NCBI GenBank assembly: GCA_965198115.1
Contig: OZ240241.1
Span: 8,192,001 to 8,256,000, forward strand
Reading direction: 5' to 3'
DNA from: Candidatus Latescibacterota bacterium
Lineage (GTDB): Bacteria; Latescibacterota; UBA2968
DNA: 64,000 nt
Below, one piece after another: positions 55,608 to 64,000 of this stretch. Within the stretch, counting starts at the first letter, position 1. Every line of letters begins with the position of its first letter. Below the pieces are notes generated by a model. That model searched no databases. It saw nothing but the letters and a program-made list of their open reading frames with translations, and was not told the origin of the DNA. A program made the position numbers and the translations under genes.

Positions 55608-57267
55608 TCAAGAAACGATCGGTTCGTAGGTCACTTCGTAGAGCAGACCGACGAACGACAGCCGACTTCGGTAGATGAATCGATCATACACGCTGTTGGT
55701 GAGTCCGTCATATATCGCGACGGGGCGGATTCCGACTTTGAGCTGGCCGTTAACGGGCTTCTCGAACGACACGGCGGTTTGGATCTCGCGAATGCCGTCG
55801 TCGTACCGAGGTCGGTCCACGTTCTGTTCGGATTGAACGAGCACGTAGAGCAGTCGTGTCTGTTCCACCTCCGACGTGTGGTAGGGCCCGTTGTGGTAGT
55901 GGTTGGTGTCGATGCGATCACGGTTGTAGCCGTAGTCGAATCCGAGGACGACGACGTCCGCCTGTTGAATGGTTCCCGCGATGGCGGCACGCGCCCTGTC
56001 GTAGGCGACGATGGCCTGTCCGAGGGTTTCCCGCTGGTAGCGATGGCCCTCCGATTGGGCCGCTCCGTGACAGAGGAGCAGGCCGACGATGGCGAAAACG
56101 GCGTAGCTTCGCTTTTCACGGCCGAGCCGGTTGATCAGGTCAACCATCGCTCCGGCGAGAAGCATGCTGGCCGGAACGAGGGCCACGACGGCATAGCGCG
56201 CCATGAAACCGTGCGGCAACCGGGGGTAGGCGCTGTAGGTGGCGACGGTCGCCAACAGCCAGACCCAGAGGAGTCCAGTGAGAGGGCGTATCCGACGGTC
56301 GTCGGTACGCAGCCACCAGGCGATGGCCAGGAGACCCGGCCAGAGGAGCCACGGCGACAGATTGGCCATCAGACTGTGGGGCACGACACCATCGCCCGTG
56401 CCCGGAAACGCGTGCCAGTTTCCGATCAGGAGTGTGCTCAACGTTTCGAGATTGGCGGGCCGCCACATCCAGCCCTGCGATCGATCCTCCGAGAACGGCG
56501 CGAACGGGGGAATCGGATCGTCGAAGAGTGTGAAGAGCGGAACGACGGTCAGTGCGACGCACCCCAGCGCGGGTAGCCACTCGAAAAAGCGGTCTCGGCG
56601 CCAGATGGCCAGGTAGGTGGCGAGCACGAACGGGAGTATTTTCGCGCTTCCTTTAGTCCGATGCGCCAGGATGAGCAGCACGGCCACGAGCACCTGATGT
56701 CCTGCCGTTCCCCAACGCCCCGACCGATCGCCATCGCTCGCAACGGCTCGCCAGAAGACCCACACGGCTGCGATGGACAGGATCTGCGCGACGAGCTCGA
56801 AATCGGAAACCCACATGGCACTCGCAAAAGTCGCCGTGGACAGTCCGAAGATGGCGGACGCCAGGATGCCGGTCTGCGGTCGTTCTCGGGCAAGACGGAG
56901 GAAACCGGCGATTCCGGCCGAGACCATCCCCGCGAAGAGGCATTTGGATGCGTAGAATGCGGGTGCGTGTTTCGCCGAAGAGGGCGAGCAGCATTTTCGT
57001 GCCGAGGACCTGGCCCGGTCTGAACTGAAAACCCCAGTCGTGGGGGACGGGGCGAAGCAGGTCGAGGGAGACGGCCAACCACGATGTCGATCGGGCCTGG
57101 TTGATCCAGTCGTAGTCATTGTCGAAGAAGCGAAAGCCCTGCAGGTAGAAGAGCAGATACAGCGCGGTCAGACCGCAACACGCGGTCAGCGTCACGAGTG
57201 TCCGGACGTCCAGCCTTGTTGGAGAAGGTTGGTCGGAGGCGACTGTATAGGTCTGTGTCAGATCCAT
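55608..57267 (-). CDS. Multi-pass membrane protein, GT-C (PMT/TMTC-like) glycosyltransferase candidate (frameshift near 56970)
   Basis: TM1 is followed by an acidic loop FFDNDYDW...QFRP (ORF 56653..57300). About ten further TM helices and a soluble tail follow (ORF 55608..57119). Confidence 0.6.
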
Positions 57268-57269
57268 TA

Positions 57270-58070
57270 TCACGGTTTTTCCGCGGTGAGCACGATCCAT
57301 CCAGAGCCGACCATCAGTCTTCCCAAGGATGTGCGCGGGTCGTAGGTACTGGGTTTCAGCAGTCGGTCCCAGATTCCGTCGCGGAGTTCGAGAGGTTGGC
57401 CCAGTCTACGGAGCTTCCCGAAGCCGGCGTCTGTCAGGAGACGGCGGGCGCTCGACTCCGTGTAGTGAAACTGAAACGGCACGTAGACATAGTCGAGGAG
57501 GTTGCTCGTGACGGCACCACCCACTGTCCATACGCCCACGGTCTTCGCGATCGAATAGGGTAGCCATCGACCGACGAGGCGCCCGATCGCGGCGGCCGAA
57601 TAGAGGATTCCGCCGCGTCCATACAGCGAGATGTAGAGCTGTCCGCCCGGCTTCAGGCAACGATACATTTCCGCCACCGCCCTGGACGGGTCGGCCGTGT
57701 GGTGGGCGACGCCGCTGCAGTGGATGAAGTCGAACCGGTTCGGGTCGAACGGCAAGTCGAGCAGGTTGGCCGTTCGATACATAACCCAGGGATCGAGGTC
57801 AGGGTTATCACGCTGCGCGTTTTTGATGTTCGTTTCTGACAGGTCGACGGCGACGATGTCGCGCGACCCCATTCGGTAGAGTCCCTCGAGCGCTCGCCCG
57901 CGGCCACCCGTCCCCGCGTCGAGCACAGACTTCCCCGCGAGAAAATCATCCGCGACGCCAAGATGGGCCGCCGTCAGCACGCGATCCCGACTCGCCTGGA
58001 CATAGTCATCGGCGGGCAATCTATGGATGTCGCCGAATAGTTCGTCGGTTCGGCGTTCCTGCACCGTCAC
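57270..58070 (-). CDS. Class I SAM-dependent methyltransferase
   Basis: Motifs VLDAGTGGRG, AVDLS, LPFD...FDFI and LKPGG. GTGA overlap with the upstream stop. Confidence 0.88.
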   Translation of the reverse strand: MTVQERRTDELFGDIHRLPADDYVQASRDRVLTAAHLGVADDFLAGKSVLDAGTGGRGRALEGLYRMGSRDIVAVDLSETNIKNAQRDNPDLDPWVMYRTANLLDLPFDPNRFDFIHCSGVAHHTADPSRAVAEMYRCLKPGGQLYISLYGRGGILYSAAAIGRLVGRWLPYSIAKTVGVWTVGGAVTSNLLDYVYVPFQFHYTESSARRLLTDAGFGKLRRLGQPLELRDGIWDRLLKPSTYDPRTSLGRLMVGSGWIVLTAEKP

Positions 58071-59256
58071 GGACACGACACGATTCCCTTTGCCGCACGA
58101 TCGAGGACGCCGAAGTATCGGTCGGCCATGGAGGGCCAATCCAGCCCTTCGAACCCCCTGAGCGCCTCGCGTACTCGATCTTCTCTCAATCGGCGATCCT
58201 CGTAGAGCTCGACGATCCGATCGGACAGCTCGGCCGGGTTGTCGTGACGGTAGTAGCCGACCTGGGTGTCGTCGAAATAGGACTCGACCGTGCCCACGCG
58301 GAACACGACCGACGGGAGCCCTACGGCCACATACTCGAGCAGCCTCACGGGGAGCATCACCTTGTCTACGAAGGCGTCCTTTCGGGTACGATGCCGACAT
58401 CGGCCCGGCTGATGAGGCCGGGAACCTGTTCGACGGGAACGCGATCGTGGAAACGGACGCGGCCTTCGAGTCCCATTTGGATTGTCTTCTGTTTGATTTC
58501 GTCGAGGTAGGCTTCCTCGCCGTCTCCGTATATGTCCAATTCGACGTACGGAATCCTGCGGCTGGCGAGGCGGACGCCCTCGAGTGCGGTCTCGAAGCTG
58601 TATCGTCGGAGGATCTGGCCGTGGTGGAACAGACGGAACGACCCGTTGACCGAACACGCTCTGGATCCCCGGTATTTGAAGTAGCGGGGATCGGGCGCGT
58701 TCATGACGACCTCCAACTTATGAGCTATGGGATTTCGCGTGAGGAAGAGGTCGCGGATGTTTCGGTTGACGGTCAGGACGTAGTCCGCGAACGCCAGGCT
58801 CGCCTGCTCGACGATGACCAGAAATCGAAAGGCGAGAGATTTCTCGTCGATTCCGTAAAGGGACTGAAACAGCTCGGGGGTCACGTCGTGCATGTCGAGT
58901 ACTATCCGGCTACCCAGAATCTTGGGTACCGCGGCGGTAAACACGAGGAAATCCGGAAGGTTGTGGACCTGCACGACCGGATGTCGATGGCGTGCGTAGA
59001 GACGAGTCAACTGCACTGCAGCGAGCAGAAAGAAAGAGAAGTATTCGATGAGATATCCGCCCACGCCCTGTCCACGGCGATGCCGGACGGGAAGTCGATA
59101 GACGGATGCGTTTCCGATCTGTTCAAACGCTGTTTCTCCCACATCCTGCAGACAAACGAGGTCGACAGTATCGCCGCGGTCGGCGAGCGCCTCCACCTGC
59201 CGCCGTACCCGTACGTCGTGCGGGTAGTAGGCGTGGACGACCATGACTAGTCTCAT
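58067..59256 (-). CDS. GT4 glycosyltransferase (frameshift near 58385)
   Basis: YPHDVRVRR, HNLPDFLV and DMHD, continuing as PVRLLEYVAVGLP. Confidence 0.85.
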
Positions 59257-61366
59257 CGTTCGGCCTCCAGCACCCGTCGATACACGCGTTCGACGCGATC
59301 GGCCACACGATCGCTGGCAAGGTCTGCCACGGCAGTGCGGCCGTTCGAGCGTTGTCCATCTTCCAGGACGGAGGCGATCGCCGACGCGATCGCCTCGGGG
59401 GCGTCTCCCGTGACGTGGCAGTTGGTCGAGGTTCCAATCACCTTCCGCACGTCGCCCACATCGGTGGAGACTACGGGTAAATTGCAGGCGAGTGCCTCCT
59501 TGACCACGTTTGGGGACCCCTCGTGCGAGGATGTCAGGAGAAGCAGATCCGCCGCGTTGTAATAGTCGGGAATCTCGTCCTGGGGCCGGTTGAACACGAC
59601 GAGCGGCTCGATCAGGTGACCCATAGTCCCCGCCCGTTGTAGCGCGTGTCGTGCGAGCTCAAACCGCTTCTCGGGTCGGGCGGGATTGGTGGGGAAGAGT
59701 GCGTAGCGGATCGCTCCGTGCAGCCCGAGTCTGTTCCTGGCTTCTCTTCTGTCGGTCGGGCAGAAGTGTCCCATATCTATGCCGTTGGGAATGATTTCCG
59801 CTTCCTCGTGCAGGAGCTCTGCCAGAAACTCGGACTTCACGATGCGAGCGTCTGCCCTGCGGGACACCCAGCGAGAGATAGGTCTGATGCGAGGCTTCAC
59901 GAGGTCCGTTCCGCAGAAGGACACGACCGTGGGAATGTGGCTCTGCAACACCGCGGGCACTCCGTTGTAGCCGAAGTGGGCGTGGATCAGGTCGTAGTCG
60001 CCCGATCTTGCACGCCGACGGACTTCGCTGATGCCACAGAGGAGTTCCCATTTCGATGCGCGAACGTCGAGGAAGAGCACGTCGATGTGATGACCCCGCT
60101 TCCGGAGGGATTCTACCTGTGAGTCGACGAAAACTCCGAGTTCGGGTTCCTGCTTCGTGGGAAAGATGCTCGTGACGACCAGAACGCGTAGTCCCGTTCT
60201 GTCGTCCTCGGGAATCGAAGATGTCGCGACGGACGCCGGCTGTTCGAGCAATCGCTCGTAGAGGCGTTGGGTCGAGTCGACCATCGTCGTGAGTCCGAAC
60301 GCGACCGTGCCTTGATCTGTCCGAGGTCGCCCATCACACTGGCTCGAGGGGGATTCGCCATCAGCTCGAGGACGCGTCGGGCCATCTCCCCGTAGTCCCC
60401 CGGTCGCACGAGGTAACCGTGCTCCCCATCGCCGATGAGCTCCGGGACGCCACCGACTTCCGTCGAGACAACGGGGATGCCCAGGAACATGGATTCGAGG
60501 ATCGCGTTGGGGAAACCTTCGGTGATGGATGAGAGCAAGGAGATCTCACAGAGCGCGAGCACGTCCTGTGGATCGGGTCGGAAGCCGAGGAAACAGACTC
60601 GATCGGCGATGCCCAGCCCCTGGGACAGGTTCTTCAGGCGGGCGCCATAGTCCTCGAAGCCGCCCCCGATGATCAAGAGCACTGTTTCGGGCTGTTTCTG
60701 GAGGATGAGCGCAAATGCGCGTAGCATCGTTTCCAGATCCTTCTTCGGATCCAGCCTGGCGATCGACCCGAGCAGTCTCTGATCGGCTCCGACGCCCAGT
60801 TCGGCGCGAAGAGCCGTCTGTCGGGCGTTGTCGGGGGACTGAATCGTTTCCGTCCCGTTGTGGATGACTTCCGAGTCCGTCCATCCGAAGCGTGCGGCTC
60901 GGTCTGAGACCGCCCGAGCGTTGACCGTCCTCGCATCGGCAAACTGCCCGATCAGGATGTTCATGGTCCAGTGTTCGAGACGCTTGAGCCAGCTGTGTTG
61001 CGGGTCGATTCCGAGGCCGCGCTGGGCGGCGATGACGTATGGCACGCCGGCAAGACGGGCGGCCCAACCTCCGAAGAGGTTCGAGATGTAGAGGTAGGTG
61101 TGGCAGATCGTGGGGTTGATGCTCCGGATGCACTCGATGGTCCGGGCCATCGCTCTTACATCCAGCAGGTGGCGGCGCCCGATGACGTGTACGCTTCGTG
61201 CTGCCCGGCGATAGTCGGGCAGCAGACTCCCCTCGCCATCCAGACAGATTACGTGCGGAACGTATCGCCGTCGGTCCAGTCCCTGAATCAGCTTCAGCAG
61301 CTGGTGCTCGGTTCCGCCGATTTCCGCACGCGGAATGATGTAGAGGATGTCGATCGGGTTGTGCAT
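59253..61366 (-). CDS. Tandem GT4-GT4 glycosyltransferase fusion (frameshift near 60300)
   Basis: Domain 1 has GGTE and EGFPNAILE. Its final helix (TTMVDSTQRLYERLL) runs in frame through a linker into domain 2 (LRVLVVT, EGSPNVVKEA). Confidence 0.75.
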
Positions 61367-61370
61367 CGAT

Positions 61371-62249
61371 TCAGATTTTCTTGTTGATCATGTCGGCGAT
61401 CAGGCCGAGGGCAACGGTTTGGCACGAGCCCAGCAGCAGGAAAATCGATGTCTCTGCGAGGCCGCCCGTGTAAATGATCTCGTGCCCCATCTTGGCGACG
61501 CCCGACGTGAACAAAGCCGCGCTGAGGGGCATGAAGACCCGCAACGGGTTGAAGTAGACGGTCGTCCGCACGATGAGCATGGCGAAGTTGTAGGTGTCCT
61601 TGATCGGGCGAATCTTCGACTTTCCCGTCCGCTCGAAATACTCGATCGGGATATACTTGACGCGGAAGCCGTTCGTCAGCGACGAGAGTGTGATGGTCGT
61701 CGTGAAGGAGAAGCCCTGCGGCAGGATCTTGAAAAAACGCTCGGCGAGACTCTTGCGGAACACGCGCAGACCCGAGTTGTAGTCGGGGATCTTCGTCTCG
61801 GCGAGGTAGTTCGCCAGCTGTGCGAGTGCCCACTTTGCGGGTCGTCTGATGAGCGGGATCTTGGCTGCGCTGCCGACGCGCGCTCCGACCACCATATCGT
61901 GATCGTTGGCGTAACGAAGTAGGTCGGGGATCCGGTCGGCGGGATACGTGCTGTCGGCGTCGGTGATGACGATCCAGTCCCCCTTCGCGGAGCGGATGCC
62001 GGTCTTCAGTCCCGCGCCGTAGCCCTGGTTGGTGTCGTGCCGGACTACGCGTGCCCCCGTGGTTCGGACGCGTTCCGACGTTTTGTCGGTCGATCCGTCG
62101 TCGACGACGATGACCTCGTAGTCGTAGTTCGACTTTTCCATGACATCCTGGACCCAGCTGACCGAATCCACGATGCCGTCTTCTTCGTTGTAAGCCGGAA
62201 TGACGATGCTGATCAGCCCGAGATCGGTCTGTTTCTTCGACAGATCCAG
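61371..62249 (-). CDS. GT2 glycosyltransferase (polyprenol-phosphate/DPM1-like); start unclear
   Basis: An in-frame extension upstream of the called ORF reads ISIVIPAYNEE. Motifs VVDDGSTD, NQGYG, DADSTY, SGLRVF and R.GKSKI, with two C-terminal TM helices. Confidence 0.88.
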   Translation of the reverse strand: MDLSKKQTDLGLISIVIPAYNEEDGIVDSVSWVQDVMEKSNYDYEVIVVDDGSTDKTSERVRTTGARVVRHDTNQGYGAGLKTGIRSAKGDWIVITDADSTYPADRIPDLLRYANDHDMVVGARVGSAAKIPLIRRPAKWALAQLANYLAETKIPDYNSGLRVFRKSLAERFFKILPQGFSFTTTITLSSLTNGFRVKYIPIEYFERTGKSKIRPIKDTYNFAMLIVRTTVYFNPLRVFMPLSAALFTSGVAKMGHEIIYTGGLAETSIFLLLGSCQTVALGLIADMINKKI

Positions 62250-62258
62250 TCCTGAGGG

Positions 62259-63134
62259 TCAGAGTCGTTTCGTCGCTTTCAGTATGCACGTCCATCCTGT
62301 TTTCTCCAGTCGTCTGTGAATGGCGGATTCCCTGAGCGTCTCGTCTTCAGGTTGCGGCGGATGAGGAATGCGTGACTCGATCAGGCGCGAAAATTCTGTG
62401 TTCCATCTGAATCCATTCAAGATTCCCAACCCGAACGTGTGATACCCGGGGACATCGACGTTAAACCCCAGCGTGTTCATCTGCTCGATGATGACGGCGG
62501 GGTTCAGCCGATGCCTTCGGTGCGAGAAGTAGGCGCGGTCTTGCCTTCCCAGTCCTCGTTTGACGAAGCGTCGTACCGAAGAGGGGAGAACCGTCTGCGT
62601 GATCGTATTCTTGATCCCCTTAACCGCATCATCGATCAGGATGAAAGGGGACTCGGCGTTGGGCATGGACAGTACGAGCTTTCCGCCAGGTTTCAGAACG
62701 CGGTGGCATTCCGTGATCAGGTCTTCCGGGTGATTTACGTATTCGATCAAGCCCACACTGACGACTCCATCGATCGTGTTCGATCCGATCGGAACGTCGA
62801 CTGCATCGGCGGAGACGAGCGACAGATCGACCGCTTCGTCGAGGGCCGATCGGTGTGCTCGATGGAGCATGGCCGTTGAGAAATCGGCTCCGATGACGTG
62901 GCGGTCAGACCGAACCAAGCGGGTCGCGATGTTTCCAGCACCACAACCGAGTTCGAGCAGCTTGCCGCTGACGTCTTCGAGCAGGGTCAGCACACGCTCA
63001 CGGCGTGCGGCGACGTTGTGCGCGTAGATCGACCGATCGCTTCGGTCATACAGTTGCTGCCAGTTTTCCGCTTCGGCCGAGAACCGGTCTCGGACAATCG
63101 CCGAGTGGGCCGCGCTTTGGGCGGTTACGCTCAC
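62259..63134 (-). CDS. Class I SAM-dependent methyltransferase
   Basis: Motifs LLELGCGAG, ADFS..ML and RVLKPGG. GTGA overlap with the upstream stop. Confidence 0.88.
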   Translation of the reverse strand: MSVTAQSAAHSAIVRDRFSAEAENWQQLYDRSDRSIYAHNVAARRERVLTLLEDVSGKLLELGCGAGNIATRLVRSDRHVIGADFSTAMLHRAHRSALDEAVDLSLVSADAVDVPIGSNTIDGVVSVGLIEYVNHPEDLITECHRVLKPGGKLVLSMPNAESPFILIDDAVKGIKNTITQTVLPSSVRRFVKRGLGRQDRAYFSHRRHRLNPAVIIEQMNTLGFNVDVPGYHTFGLGILNGFRWNTEFSRLIESRIPHPPQPEDETLRESAIHRRLEKTGWTCILKATKRL

Positions 63135-64000
63135 GCGATTCCCGTTGAAGCCATACGGACGCCGTTGTTGGAGGGCACACACGCTTGGTTGTAGACGAGG
63201 TGATCGCCAAGGGCGAGCACGTCGAGGTTGCCCTTTTCGAAGGCCCTGATCGCATCGCCGGCCGTTCGTACGATCGGCTCCTCGTGCATGTTGAAGCTCG
63301 TGTTGATGATCTGCGGATAGCCGGTCAGGCTCTCGTAATGCTCCAGAATCCTGTGGAGTGACGGGTTGGTCCGAGGTGTCACAACCTGCGGGCGCGCCGT
63401 TCCGTCCACGTGACAGACGGCGGGTGCTTCGTTGCGACAACGCTCGGTCACGTTGTAGGTCAACGTCATGAACTGAGCCGTGTAGTCCGAGGTCGGATAA
63501 CCCTCGTAGTAGGCGTGGGCACGATCCGCCAGAATGACCGGTGCGAACGGCATGAATTCGGTCCGTTCGAGACGCTCGTTGAGCCAGGTGTTCACGCCGG
63601 GATCTGTCGCGGTGTAGAGGATGGACCGGTTTCCGAGCGCGCGTGGTCCGTATTCCATCGGCCCCGCCGCCCGGGCGACGACGAGTCCTTCGGCGAGCAG
63701 TTCGGCGATGCGTATCTCGACGTCGGGGCACGGCGCCGATTCGTATCCACGCGATTGGAGTGCTTTTGAGATTTCACGATCGCACAGCTCGGTGCCCAGG
63801 TAGACGTCGTTCAGCGAAGAGGGGCTGATCGTTTCGCGTCGGGCCGCCTCTACGAAGGCCACTCCGACACCGAGTCCACCGTCGCCCATGTTCGGGTGGA
63901 CGTAGACTTCGTGGACGTCTTCGATCTCTTGAACACGCTGGTTGACCTTCACGTTGGCGAAGATGCCGCCGGAAAGCGCCACGCGGCCGATGCCATATCG
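63131..64000 (-). CDS. Second NodU/CmcH-family carbamoyltransferase, C-terminal part
   Basis: Motifs ALSGGIFANVKVN, MGDGG, MEYGPRALGNRS, FMPFAP and NTSFNMHEEPIV. Begins beyond the window. Confidence 0.92.
   Translation of the reverse strand, partial: RYGIGRVALSGGIFANVKVNQRVQEIEDVHEVYVHPNMGDGGLGVGVAFVEAARRETISPSSLNDVYLGTELCDREISKALQSRGYESAPCPDVEIRIAELLAEGLVVARAAGPMEYGPRALGNRSILYTATDPGVNTWLNERLERTEFMPFAPVILADRAHAYYEGYPTSDYTAQFMTLTYNVTERCRNEAPAVCHVDGTARPQVVTPRTNPSLHRILEHYESLTGYPQIINTSFNMHEEPIVRTAGDAIRAFEKGNLDVLALGDHLVYNQACVPSNNGVRMASTGIA

Noticed and set aside
1-64000. Programmed frameshifting or phase variation as the cause of the many split genes
   Set aside because: Single-base indels also hit xylA, fliM and glycosyltransferases, often at short homopolymers (for example 27408-27413 poly-C, 28316-28322 poly-G, 42987-42991 poly-A). 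This fits long-read consensus error better, though it cannot be proven without reads.
1-64000. CRISPR arrays, tRNA/rRNA genes, and frequent CGATCG/TCGA as a HIP1-like repeat
   Set aside because: No spaced direct repeats or RNA gene signatures were seen. CGATCG frequency is plausibly due to codon usage (ATC, GAT, TCG, GAC) and I could not test it statistically.

Overview
GC-rich bacterial window. The three large secreted proteins with 'NFPNPFNP...RK(L/M)(M/L)LLK' FlgD-Ig/T9SS-type C-terminal domains and the cohesin/dockerin modules point to an FCB-group candidate lineage such as Latescibacterota; this is inference, as no marker gene is present. Bases 1-44.5 kb form a cell-surface locus. It holds at least eight paralogous O-antigen-ligase (WaaL/Wzy_C)-TPR membrane proteins, six of them in a tight tandem array. 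These are divergent from two ~1700-aa paralogous surface proteins with alternating cohesin/dockerin modules and a ~1300-aa cohesin plus cadherin-like protein. A TPR lipoprotein, a beta-barrel/CsgG-like protein, an HNH nuclease and a priming glycosylphosphotransferase follow. The exported proteins are visibly rich in D-(S/T)-(A/I/L/V/M/T) sequons, so my best hypothesis is a multi-enzyme surface-protein O-glycosylation and assembly system. Six IS elements hit this locus (IS1182, three IS256-family, ISAzo13, IS200-like; three are nested). Bases 44.5-54 kb hold an HD hydrolase, xylA, an orphan fliM with a palindromic operator, an adenylate-kinase-like gene, a DAG kinase, a COG3014/LpoB-like operon and a receiver protein. 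Bases 54-64 kb are a glycan-tailoring cluster (two carbamoyltransferases, two methyltransferases, GT2, GT4s, a GT-C-like membrane protein). Many genes carry single-base frameshifts that look like long-read consensus errors. All family calls come from motif recognition by eye, not database searches.
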